A stretch of DNA of 55,292 bases from Desulfobacteraceae bacterium (GCA_028571455.1 JAPVVG010000061.1:1-55292); one strand, 5' to 3'; shown: positions 19,259 to 28,038, counted from the stretch's first letter. Made by a program: numbers and translations. Notes: generated by a model from the letters alone, not told the origin.

Positions 19259-20041
19259 TTACGCCTTTAGACAGTTCATAGTATTAATTAACAGAAAACC
19301 AAGATCTCCAAGATATCTTTCCATAAATCTAAAAATCACATTTAAGCATACACCAAAGAATATCAGGCCAATAACTATCTGGATAGGAAATGCTACGATC
19401 ATAATGTTCATCTGCGGTATGAGCTTTGTAATCAGCCCAAAAACCACCTTGGTAAAGAGAAGGGCGGCAATAGCCGGCGCCCCGATCTTTATGGCAATAA
19501 CAAACATATCACCGGAAGCGTTGATGATTTCCTGAAATATCCGTCTGTCCAAGCTTAATGAGCCTACATTTATAATCTCAAAACTCTCCCTTATTGCATT
19601 CAGTAATATATGGTGGCCATTTAAAATAAGGAAGATCACCATGGCCACAAGGTACGCCATATTAGAAAAAATCGAGACCTGTATACCACTTTGAGGGTCA
19701 AGGATGTTGGTGATTGCAAAGCCTGTTTGAAAGCCTACGAGTTGACCCATCATCCTGATCCCCTCAAAAACTATTTGAACCAGTAGCCCTAAAATCATGC
19801 CGATTATGAGTTCCGCGGTTATCATCTGAACCATTCCACACAACGTATCAGGAAATTCAACCACCTTATTATCTATAACCGAAAAAAGGATTATGGTTAT
19901 TATAAGGACTAATCCTGCCTTGGCTAAAACCGGAATAACCCGGGAACTAAAGAATGGAAACATCAATAAAATAACGCTAACCCTTATTAGTATAAGAAAA
20001 AACGCCTTAAATTCTTGATATTGTATAGGCAAAAAATTCAT
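19259..20041 (-). CDS. fliR: flagellar export gate protein FliR
   Basis: 260 aa, polytopic, and overlaps the fliQ stop. Confidence 0.9.
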   Translation of the reverse strand: MNFLPIQYQEFKAFFLILIRVSVILLMFPFFSSRVIPVLAKAGLVLIITIILFSVIDNKVVEFPDTLCGMVQMITAELIIGMILGLLVQIVFEGIRMMGQLVGFQTGFAITNILDPQSGIQVSIFSNMAYLVAMVIFLILNGHHILLNAIRESFEIINVGSLSLDRRIFQEIINASGDMFVIAIKIGAPAIAALLFTKVVFGLITKLIPQMNIMIVAFPIQIVIGLIFFGVCLNVIFRFMERYLGDLGFLLINTMNCLKA

Positions 20042-20310
20042 TATCTTATATAAAACGGTATCTGCTCAATAGTAGTCACAGTAAATGCCATCAAATGCTC
20101 AAGCATCCAGTTGGCAAAAAAAAGCAGCGCCAGTAAAACGACCAATATCTTTGGCACAAATGTCAGGGTCATCTCATTGATCTGGGTCACAGCCTGAAAT
20201 ATGCTTACTATCAGACCTACAGCGAGTCCCAGGCCAAGCATGGGCATAGATACAAGTATGGTTGTTTTAATCGCCTCCTGTGCAAAAGTAACAACAAATT
20301 CCGGTGTCAT
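20041..20310 (-). CDS. fliQ: flagellar export gate protein FliQ
   Basis: 89 aa counted from the ATG (MTPEFVV...). The ORF-track start at 20319 is a GTG inside the SD-like AGTGAGG repeat. Confidence 0.9.
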   Translation of the reverse strand: MTPEFVVTFAQEAIKTTILVSMPMLGLGLAVGLIVSIFQAVTQINEMTLTFVPKILVVLLALLFFANWMLEHLMAFTVTTIEQIPFYIR

Positions 20311-20485
20311 ATTCCTCACTCCTCACTCCTCACTCCTTACTCCTTACTCCCTATTCTCTATTCCCTATTCCCTATCCTCTTTGCTGGTTCTCCGACCCCA
20401 GACCTCTGACTTCTGACTTCCGACTTCCGACCTCCGACTTCCGACTTCTGACTCCAGACCTCTGACCTCTGACCTCTGACCTCTA
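20311..20485. repeat. heptamer arrays CCTCACT/CCTTACT, CCCTATT, CTGACYT/CCGACTT between fliQ and fliP
   Basis: Three successive heptamer modules are joined by the conserved junction cctctttgctggttctccgac. Confidence 0.95.
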
Positions 20486-20493
20486 CTTATCAA

Positions 20494-21324
20494 CTACCCG
20501 CCTGCAAAACTCTTTACAAGTGATCCGACAATCAAATGCCAGCCATCTACCAGAACAAAAAGCATCAGCTTAAATGGAAGGGAGATCATGATTGGCGGGA
20601 GCATCATCATCCCCATGCTGAGCAAAACACTTGCCACAACCATATCTATAACAAGGAAAGGCACATATAAAACAAATCCAACAATAAAGGCTGTCTTTAG
20701 CTCACTTATGACAAAGGCAGGAATGAGAACCGACGTAGGGATTTCCTCACGATTTTCCGGTCTCTCTTTTTTTGCCATCCTGACAAATAGGGCCAAATCT
20801 TTTTCCCGTGTCTGCTTGAACATAAACTGCCTGATTGGATGTATAGCCGCCTTCAGCGCAACTTCCTGAGAAATTTGTTCATTCAGATATGGTTGCAATG
20901 CATTATCATTAATCTTTTGCCAGACAGGCATCATAATAAAAAAAGTCAGGAATAGAGCCAGTCCGGCAATAATCTGGTTAGAAGGTGTCTGCTGAGTGCC
21001 AAGGGCGTGTCGCAAAAAGGAAAAGACCACGGCCAGTCTGGTGAAGGATGTTGTAAGTATAAGGATGGCCGGTGCAAGGGTTAGAATGGTTAAAAGAAAG
21101 ATAATCTGCAGTAAAACGGAAATATCGCCTGGATCACCTCCCTTTTCTATGCCTATATTCAATGAGGGAAGAAGGAGATCACCGGCAAAGGCATTATCTG
21201 TAAATGAAACGCAAATGACGAGAAAAAGGGCAAAAAGAAATAAATTGCAGAATTTCCCGGACATAAAATTGGACGTAAAATTGGATGTAAAATTATTATC
21301 CTTTGTTCTCATGGATTTTTCCAT
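20494..21324 (-). CDS. fliP: flagellar export gate protein FliP
   Basis: 276 aa with the FliP core (LTSFTRLAVVFSFLRHALGTQQTPSNQI...). The exact start is uncertain; candidate Met codons are at 21324, 21312 and 21264. Confidence 0.93.
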   Translation of the reverse strand: MEKSMRTKDNNFTSNFTSNFMSGKFCNLFLFALFLVICVSFTDNAFAGDLLLPSLNIGIEKGGDPGDISVLLQIIFLLTILTLAPAILILTTSFTRLAVVFSFLRHALGTQQTPSNQIIAGLALFLTFFIMMPVWQKINDNALQPYLNEQISQEVALKAAIHPIRQFMFKQTREKDLALFVRMAKKERPENREEIPTSVLIPAFVISELKTAFIVGFVLYVPFLVIDMVVASVLLSMGMMMLPPIMISLPFKLMLFVLVDGWHLIVGSLVKSFAGG

Positions 21325-21592
21325 TTGAATCGTTAAGTTTGGTTATATAGCTGATGCTGCCCGGGGCAATACCCAATACAATCCTTTTACCGGAAATTTC
21401 TATGACTTCAATCCTCTCTTTTGATGACAGATGGAGCGAAGAGACAACTTTGATAGCTAAATCTCCCTTTGCCTCTCTCCTAAAGAATAAAAACCTTTTC
21501 ATAAGGTAGAGAACAAGGACCAGCAGACCAAGCACAATAAAAAGCATGGCCGCTGTCTTAATGATCGTGTTCAACTCAAATATTCCATTCAT
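21296..21592 (-). CDS. fliO: FliO/FliZ-type export apparatus protein
   Basis: 98 aa with a single TM helix, located between fliN and fliP. Confidence 0.7.
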   Translation of the reverse strand: MNGIFELNTIIKTAAMLFIVLGLLVLVLYLMKRFLFFRREAKGDLAIKVVSSLHLSSKERIEVIEISGKRIVLGIAPGSISYITKLNDSNGKIHENKG

Positions 21593-21924
21593 TTCAAAGA
21601 CTTAACCCTCTCAAGGGGGCTGGCGATATCAGTCACCCTTATGCCATATTTCTCATCTACGACCACAACTTCACCCCTGGCAACCAATTTGCCGTTTACA
21701 TAAATGTCGAGAGGTTCATCAGCCGGTTTGTTCAAGTCGACTATTGATCCCTGCCCCAACTGGAGCAGATCATTTACAAGCATCTTGACCTTTCCCAATT
21801 CTACAGATAGGTCAAGAGGGATATCAAGAATGAGATTAATGTCATATTCTTCCTTTTGGCTTGACTCATTCTCCTTTGACGGCTCTACATGATTGTTGCC
21901 TTCCAAATTCCCACTTTTGTTCAT
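21589..21924 (-). CDS. fliN: C-ring protein FliN
   Basis: 111 aa. The SpoA-domain C-terminus reads LSVELGKVKMLVNDLLQLGQGSIVDLNK...VNGKLVARGEVVVVDEKYGIRVTDI. Confidence 0.92.
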   Translation of the reverse strand: MNKSGNLEGNNHVEPSKENESSQKEEYDINLILDIPLDLSVELGKVKMLVNDLLQLGQGSIVDLNKPADEPLDIYVNGKLVARGEVVVVDEKYGIRVTDIASPLERVKSLK

Positions 21925-22898
21925 CGTTCACTCCTTATTAATCTTTCACTTATTCTTATGGCCTTATTGTTACTATAAGACCCTGGATAACCCTTAAATT
22001 TTGGAATACCCTCAACCTTGACAAGGATCGAATCGCCTGTTTTTTGATCCAGCAATATAACATCATCAACCTTTATCTCCAGCAACTCCCTGGCACTTAT
22101 CTTTGTGGTACCCATGGTGCAATTTAAACTGACTGCTGTTTCCCCTATTTTTTCCCCAATATATATCCGCCACCTCTTATCAACCTCCAATCGTTCACCA
22201 CGAAACTTTTGTTTAAGCTTATCTTTTATCGGTTCGATTGTGGAACAGGGTATGCAGAAACTGATTGCTCCCGAGACATTTGTGAGGGATATTACGAATT
22301 TGATTCTAATGATCATATCGTCAGGTTTGACAATTGATGCAAATTGCGGATCTATTTCCGAGCGTGAGAAAGTCATGTTTACTTTATGAACATCCGACCA
22401 TGCTTGCTGTAAGTCGCCTAAGATTACTGTGGTTATCCTTTCTATGATCTTTGACTCAATGGCCGTAAAGGCTCTTCCTTCAAGTTTCGCAGGATTCAGC
22501 CCCTTTCCTCCAAAGAAGGCCTCAACAAAGGAAAATACAAGCGCGCCTTCCAGAGCAAGGATGGCAGATCCCCTTAAGGGTTCGATTTTGAAGATATTCA
22601 GGCTTGCCGGAAGGGGAAGAGAACGACAGAATTCACTAAAGCTGAGCAATTCGTTAGTTGACAGTTTTACCTCTACATTAGAGTTTGTGATTGAAGAGAG
22701 ACTATCTCTTAAGAAACCAACAAATCTTTCATTAATAACTTGAAGGGTGGGCATATTTACAGGCCCGGACTGGGCGGCAAAATTGTATACCTCAAATCCC
22801 TCGTCTTTTTCAGGGGTATCTGTCTCGGTTTTAACACTTCCCTCATCTATCCCGCCAAGAAGGGAGTCAACCTCGTCCTGTGATAAAACACTTGCCAT
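21921..22898 (-). CDS. fliM: C-ring protein FliM
   Basis: 325 aa. The N-terminal LSQDEVDSLL is the CheY-P binding motif. Confidence 0.95.
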   Translation of the reverse strand: MASVLSQDEVDSLLGGIDEGSVKTETDTPEKDEGFEVYNFAAQSGPVNMPTLQVINERFVGFLRDSLSSITNSNVEVKLSTNELLSFSEFCRSLPLPASLNIFKIEPLRGSAILALEGALVFSFVEAFFGGKGLNPAKLEGRAFTAIESKIIERITTVILGDLQQAWSDVHKVNMTFSRSEIDPQFASIVKPDDMIIRIKFVISLTNVSGAISFCIPCSTIEPIKDKLKQKFRGERLEVDKRWRIYIGEKIGETAVSLNCTMGTTKISARELLEIKVDDVILLDQKTGDSILVKVEGIPKFKGYPGSYSNNKAIRISERLIRSER

Positions 22899-22909
22899 GG
22901 CTTTACCTA

Positions 22910-23416
22910 CTATTGCACCACAAATTCCGTAAAATAGATCCTGCGAACGACTGCCTCGCTCAAAATCTGATTGACCCTCAACAGGAGCTCTTGTTTTAAT
23001 TCAAGCTTTCCTTCCATTGTGCTAATCTCTTTGAATGACTTGCTTGAAAGGAGAATGAGAATAGTATCCCTTAATTGTGGTTTATACTTTTTCAACATCA
23101 TGCCTTGTTCTTGATTGCCGATTTCAAGAATTATCCCGGCCTTCAGGTATCTTTTTCCTGATCCGGATTTATCCATAAGATTGACAATAAATGTATCAAG
23201 AGGGTATGTGATGAGCGCCTCTTCTTTGTTTTTCTGGGGCTGGGTTTCGGAAATCTGCGCCTCGTTTTTGCCTTCCTTTATAAACATGTCCCATCCCAGA
23301 TAACCCCCGACTCCAAGAACGATTACCAAAACCACTAAGATTATTAATTTAAGAAAAGACCGCTTAGACTTTTTCTCTTCAGGCTTTTTCTCTTCAGGCT
23401 TTTTCTCTTTAGGCAT
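22910..23416 (-). CDS. fliL: basal-body-associated protein FliL
   Basis: 168 aa. It has a KPEEKK repeat N-terminus, a TM helix, and a FliL C-terminus (..YFTEFVVQ). Confidence 0.88.
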   Translation of the reverse strand: MPKEKKPEEKKPEEKKSKRSFLKLIILVVLVIVLGVGGYLGWDMFIKEGKNEAQISETQPQKNKEEALITYPLDTFIVNLMDKSGSGKRYLKAGIILEIGNQEQGMMLKKYKPQLRDTILILLSSKSFKEISTMEGKLELKQELLLRVNQILSEAVVRRIYFTEFVVQ

Positions 23417-23426
23417 TTATATCTCC

Positions 23427-24164
23427 TTATAAATATTTAAAGATTATCTCGACTCTTCTGTTAATGGCTCTTTTTTCCGGAGTATCGTTTGGATGTAGAG
23501 GCATGGACGCGCCATACCCCCCGACAAAAAAGCGTGATGGTGACAGCCCTTTTTCCTCTAAAAAGTATTCAAGAACAGAAAGCCCCCTGTATAATGAAAG
23601 CTCCTGGTTTGATTTATATAACCTGCTTTTAATCGGGATGTTGTCTGTATGACCCATAATGAGAATTTCATTGGGGCATGATTCCATGGCCTCGGCAATT
23701 GAGTCGAGAAACTGGAATACCTCCTTTTTGATAGTCGTCTTTCCGGAATCAAAAAGTATATCCCCATGAAAGGATATTGTAATACCCCTTGCATCATCTT
23801 TTATACTGATTAGTTCATTAAAATTCTTTAGCGTCCCCTTTATATTTTTATCTGATTTAAGCGAAGGCATGAGAAGACTCTTAATAAGCTCCTGATCAAT
23901 CACCAATAAGCCTGCGGAAGTTTGATATTTTTTGATAAGGGTTGCAAAATCAGTGATTTCACTTGAACCAGCAAATTCAAGTACGCCGGAAGGCGTACTA
24001 AAATGCATAAATGTTTCTTTCAGTTTCTTTATGTCTATCGAAGACATGGTAAGAAGCATTACAAAAAAGGTGAGGAGAAGCATAACAAGGTCTGAAAATG
24101 TTACCAGCCACGCGTTGGCATCCACCGTTGTATCAGATGAAAGGTTTTTTTTTCTCTTGACCAT
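23427..24164 (-). CDS. motB: stator protein MotB (canonical)
   Basis: 245 aa. The TM segment WLVTFSDLVMLLLTFFVML carries the conserved Asp. The OmpA-like C-terminus has GHTDN, NQELSLYRG and NRRVEI. Confidence 0.9.
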   Translation of the reverse strand: MVKRKKNLSSDTTVDANAWLVTFSDLVMLLLTFFVMLLTMSSIDIKKLKETFMHFSTPSGVLEFAGSSEITDFATLIKKYQTSAGLLVIDQELIKSLLMPSLKSDKNIKGTLKNFNELISIKDDARGITISFHGDILFDSGKTTIKKEVFQFLDSIAEAMESCPNEILIMGHTDNIPIKSRLYKSNQELSLYRGLSVLEYFLEEKGLSPSRFFVGGYGASMPLHPNDTPEKRAINRRVEIIFKYL

Positions 24165-24167
24165 TAT

Positions 24168-24950
24168 TCAAAAAATCCTGAAGTCAAACTTCATATATGT
24201 AAAGACACCCGATGATTTCTTTCTGTAAATCCTTTTAATATAGGCTGGCGCACTAAAATTCAAAATAATATCCACCCTTCTGTTTTGAGCCCTTAATTGT
24301 CTTGTATCATTGGACGCAATTGATCTATGGCTGCCGCATCCATATGCCTCAAGTCTATCAGGGTGAATTCCGCCTGCCGACTTGAAATACTTAAAGACCT
24401 GCATCGCCATCAGCGCCGATAGCTCAAAGTTGGACTTATATCCCTTTTCTTCCGCCGGCCTGTTATCTGTATGCCCGGCTATCTCTACGGAATAATCCCC
24501 ATTTTTTATAAAATCGCATAGTTCACTTAACACAAGGTATGAAGAGGTTTTGAGCTTTAATTTATTCTCATCATTCTCATCAAAGAGGAATTTCTCATTT
24601 ATGGTGATTATTTCTTTGTCCTCATGTGATTTTAAACTAATCTTGTCCTTTTCCTTTACATCTATGTTTATGATATTTAACAGTTTATTATGGTCTAATC
24701 CTTTCTCTATCATTGGGGTGGAAGGTAGAGGGGTGAGTTTTCCTGTGTTCGATGCTGAAGATCCGCTGGTAAAACTGCCAAAAGCGCCTAAGAGTGAACC
24801 TAAGCTCAGGCGAATTTTTTTTTCGTCAAATACCGCGAGGGAATTGAGCAAAATAAAAAAGGTCAGGAGTATGAGAAAAAGAGAAACAGTCATAATTGCT
24901 CCTATGCCTGCTTTGAGTTCATCATCGATATTTTTTTTCTTTTTAGCCAT
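24168..24950 (-). CDS. MotB-like OmpA-domain protein lacking the channel Asp
   Basis: 260 aa. The TM segment GAIMTVSLFLILLTFFILL aligns to the MotB plug/TM region but has no acidic residue. The OmpA-like C-terminus has GHTDNRP, NFELSALMAM and NRRVDI. Confidence 0.8.
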   Translation of the reverse strand: MAKKKKNIDDELKAGIGAIMTVSLFLILLTFFILLNSLAVFDEKKIRLSLGSLLGAFGSFTSGSSASNTGKLTPLPSTPMIEKGLDHNKLLNIINIDVKEKDKISLKSHEDKEIITINEKFLFDENDENKLKLKTSSYLVLSELCDFIKNGDYSVEIAGHTDNRPAEEKGYKSNFELSALMAMQVFKYFKSAGGIHPDRLEAYGCGSHRSIASNDTRQLRAQNRRVDIILNFSAPAYIKRIYRKKSSGVFTYMKFDFRIF

Positions 24951-25708
24951 TAAGAAGACTTCCTCTGACTGGGGGGCACAAAGGCCAGAAGTTTCTGTTC
25001 AAGGATCCTGGGATTATCGCCATTGGAAAGGGATATTACTCCCTTAATAGTCAGCTCCTTGGTCAACACCTCCTCCTTGCTCCGTGTCCTGAGCTTTCCC
25101 GCTATGGGCATGCACACTATATTGGCGATGACAGAACCATAAAAAGTTGTAAGCAAGGCCACAGCCATGGCCGGTCCTATTGTACTCGGGTCATCCATGT
25201 TCTGGAGCATCTGCACCAATCCTATAAGAGTTCCGATCATACCAAGGGCAGGGGCGTATGTTCCCATGGTGCTAAATATCTCTGCCCCTAACTGGTGCCT
25301 GGTTCTGATAAAATCAAGTTCTGTTTCCAGTAAATTAGCGATCTCCTGGGGTTCCAGTCCATCGATAGAAAGCTGAACTCCCTTTTTTAAGAATTCATCT
25401 CTCACATTCTTAATATCACTCTCTAAAGACAAAATGCCTTCTTTGCGGGACTTGCGGGCCAAATCTAAGAATCTTTTGATGAGTTTATCTGTGGATATGT
25501 TTTTTGTTAAAAGCGCTTTTTTAACAACACTTAAAACCCCAAATACATCCTTTAAGGGATAATTAATCATAGTCGCCCCGAGTGTGCCGCCAACAACTAT
25601 CATCAATGCAGGAATATTTACAAAAAGCTGAATTCCAGCGCCTATGGAAATAGCTAAAAATACAAGGCCAAATGCCGATATAACGCCTAATAAAGTCGCA
25701 ATGTCCAT
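24950..25708 (-). CDS. motA: stator protein MotA
   Basis: 252 aa in the MotA/TolQ/ExbB family (..YAPALGMIGTLIGLVQML..., AVALLTTFYGSVIAN). Confidence 0.93.
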   Translation of the reverse strand: MDIATLLGVISAFGLVFLAISIGAGIQLFVNIPALMIVVGGTLGATMINYPLKDVFGVLSVVKKALLTKNISTDKLIKRFLDLARKSRKEGILSLESDIKNVRDEFLKKGVQLSIDGLEPQEIANLLETELDFIRTRHQLGAEIFSTMGTYAPALGMIGTLIGLVQMLQNMDDPSTIGPAMAVALLTTFYGSVIANIVCMPIAGKLRTRSKEEVLTKELTIKGVISLSNGDNPRILEQKLLAFVPPSQRKSS

Positions 25709-25721
25709 AAGTCTCCTTAAA

Positions 25722-25895
25722 GGTTCAGGGTTGCTCGTTACTCGTTACTCGTTGCTCGTCATTTGTTATTGATTATTAATTCAGGGTTCAAGGTTCCGAT
25801 TTCCGGTTTTCGACTTCCGATTTCCGACTTCTGACCTCTGACTTCCGACTTCTGACCTCTGCCTGCCCGCCGTCCTTCTGGCGGGACTTCCGGGT
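25722..25895. repeat. heptamer arrays GGTTCAG, CTCGTTR, CYGAYTT plus GC hairpin in the motA leader
   Basis: This was read directly from the sequence. The block ends with cctgcccgccgtccttctggcgggac (25862-25887). Confidence 0.95.
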
Positions 25896-25934
25896 TTATC
25901 TAAACGCCTTAGATGATATTTTTAATGAATATAT

Positions 25935-25950
25935 AGCAATCTTTGTGCCA
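25935..25950 (-). promoter_or_regulatory. sigma-54 promoter upstream of motA operon
   Basis: The minus strand reads TGGCACAAAGATTGCT, a perfect -24/-12 match. It lies about 227 nt upstream of the motA ATG and just downstream of the flgE terminator. Confidence 0.75.
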
Positions 25951-26025
25951 TTTATCTTAACACGGGGTTATTTAACTTTGAGGAGGTTATATATTCTTAG
26001 GAGTGAAAAAAGTGAGGGAGATATG

Positions 26026-26118
26026 GCAGGCGGGTTTTGGTCATTGTAATTTACCTGCCCGCCATCGGCTTCGCCTACAGGCGAGGCGGGCGGGTTTGTT
26101 ATTTGTTATTTGTTATTT
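26026..26118. repeat. GC hairpin element plus TGTTATT heptamers
   Basis: cctgcccgccatcggcttcgcctacaggcgaggcgggcggg is followed by three tgttatt units. Confidence 0.85.
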
Positions 26119-26170
26119 CAAGAAAGGAAATTCCTATACTATTAAATTATTGAAGTCTTATGTGTGAAGC

Positions 26171-26216
26171 CACGTCAAGAAACAGGGCAGGTGTCAGGAT
26201 CTTGACACCTGCCTTG
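26171..26216 (-). terminator. intrinsic terminator after flgE
   Basis: A 14-bp stem (core GGCAGGTGTCA/TGACACCTGCC) with a 6-nt loop starts 7 nt after the flgE stop. On the minus strand it is followed by UUUCUU. Confidence 0.65.
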
Positions 26217-26222
26217 TTTTTA

Positions 26223-27992
26223 CTACCTCTTTAAATTAATAAGCTCTGCCAGCATCTGATCTGTTACCGTAATAATCTTGGCATTGGCCTGGAACCCTCG
26301 TTGTGTGGTTATCATCTTGACGAACTCGGTGGCAAGATCCACGTTAGATTGTTCAAGGGAGTTGGGCGAGATGCTGCCCAGACCGCCGGACCCTGGCTTG
26401 CCGGTAATTGGGTCGCCGCTCAGCCTGGTCTCCCTGAAAAGATTGCCGCCAACCTTGAACAGGGCCTGATTATTCTGAAACTTGGCCAGAGCCACCCTGA
26501 ACAAAGGAATTACCTGTCCGTTGGAGTACTGGCCGGTAAGGGCGCCGTCTGTTCCCACGGTAATCGACTGGAGATCACCGGCCCCATAGCCGTCTGCGGA
26601 CTGAAACGCGGTGGTTGAAGCAGCCGAATATTGAGTGGTGGAAAGCGAGTCGTTCGCCCAGCTCTCGTTCGTCGAGTTATAGGAGGAACCAAAGTCAAGA
26701 TCAATATTCATGCTTGTGTCTGCGCCCCCGAGAAAGTCGGCGGTAGTAAAGAAATATCCATTGGCGCTGAGGTCGCCGGATACGGTTTCGGATTTCGTGA
26801 CCCAGCAGTTGGAGTTTCCAACATCATGGTCGCTGTAGCAGGTTACGGTAAAGTTATCATCCAGAACAAAGTCAGGATCATCAGCGTCGGCTGTCCAAGT
26901 GATTTCTAAGCCATCAGCATCAGTAATAGTCTGAGTACCAGCTGTTGGGGTGAAGGTGTTGTCCCAACTTGTCCCGTCTGTGCACCACTTCATCTCAGCC
27001 ACGATGAATTCGCCCCCAGTCGTCACCTTGAAGTAGTACGTTTTGGTGCTGGTTCCGGTATATGTCCCCCCAGAGGTTGGGTCGGTGCCAGCGTCATCAG
27101 GGTTCCATGTCAAATTCGCAACGGAGCCTATCTTCGTTAGCGTATTTGATGCGTTAAAGGCACTAAAGTCGATGTCGGATATTGCGCCGGATGCCTCGTT
27201 AAAGGTAATAATCCCCCTGCCCAACATCCCCACACCTGTCTGATCGGAATCTATTTCAGACCTGTTGTCCTCATCAGGATTGCAGGTCACGATATATTCA
27301 TACTTTGTACTGGCATCTCCTCTGTCATAATACACGGTGATATCATGGGTGCTTCCCAGGGAATCATACACCTTAAGTGTGGTCTGGTACTCGTAGTTGT
27401 TTTCGCCAATGTAAGCATTGTTTGAATCAGAGCCATCCCATGATGAAGAAAGAGTCGCGGCTTTGCTGGATGCATCGGCATCGAGATTGGTAATCAGTGA
27501 CAGCTTGCCTGTCTTTAGAGGCGATGATGTAAATGACGTGAGCACAACATCGGTAATGGAGCCCTTGTTTTCACCGGTGGTAGAGTCGAGTTCCCATCCG
27601 CGAACAATGTATCCTGCCGGATTGGTAAAATTGCCGTCCTTGTCAAAACGAAATTCACCGGCACGAGTGTAATATTCATTTTCCACATTGCCGGGATCCC
27701 GAACTATAAAAAAACCTTTTCCACCAATGGCCAGATCCGTAGTGCTGTCGGTGGATTCAAACGATCCCTGTGAAAAACTGCTTGTAATATCTGCCAGAGA
27801 TGTGCCGCGCCCTACCTGAGCCGTGCCGGCGGTTGTGGCCACGGTCTGGCTTAAAACGTCCTGGAATGTTACACGGCTTCCCTTAAACCCGACTGTATTG
27901 ACGTTGGCAATATTATCGCCTATCACCGTCATGGCATTGCCAAGCGTGCTCAAGCCGCTGATGCCTGAAAAAAGTGAGCTTGCAAGTCCCAT
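26223..27992 (-). CDS. flgE: flagellar hook protein FlgE (long form with large central insert)
   Basis: 589 aa. N-terminus: MGLASSLFSGISGLSTLGNAMTVIGDNIANVNTVGFK. C-terminus: SNVDLATEFVKMITTQRGFQANAKIITVTDQML. Confidence 0.95.
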   Translation of the reverse strand: MGLASSLFSGISGLSTLGNAMTVIGDNIANVNTVGFKGSRVTFQDVLSQTVATTAGTAQVGRGTSLADITSSFSQGSFESTDSTTDLAIGGKGFFIVRDPGNVENEYYTRAGEFRFDKDGNFTNPAGYIVRGWELDSTTGENKGSITDVVLTSFTSSPLKTGKLSLITNLDADASSKAATLSSSWDGSDSNNAYIGENNYEYQTTLKVYDSLGSTHDITVYYDRGDASTKYEYIVTCNPDEDNRSEIDSDQTGVGMLGRGIITFNEASGAISDIDFSAFNASNTLTKIGSVANLTWNPDDAGTDPTSGGTYTGTSTKTYYFKVTTGGEFIVAEMKWCTDGTSWDNTFTPTAGTQTITDADGLEITWTADADDPDFVLDDNFTVTCYSDHDVGNSNCWVTKSETVSGDLSANGYFFTTADFLGGADTSMNIDLDFGSSYNSTNESWANDSLSTTQYSAASTTAFQSADGYGAGDLQSITVGTDGALTGQYSNGQVIPLFRVALAKFQNNQALFKVGGNLFRETRLSGDPITGKPGSGGLGSISPNSLEQSNVDLATEFVKMITTQRGFQANAKIITVTDQMLAELINLKR

Positions 27993-28038
27993 TTTATTTG
28001 CCTCCTGTGTTTGATATTATTTTTTAATTAGATCCGCC

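Noticed and set aside
21261-21300. A 12-nt tandem repeat (aaaattggacgt x2-3) giving NFTSNFTSNF at the annotated N-terminus of FliP.
   Set aside because: It lies upstream of the probable signal peptide and may be outside the true CDS if fliP starts at 21264. It is too short and ambiguous to interpret.
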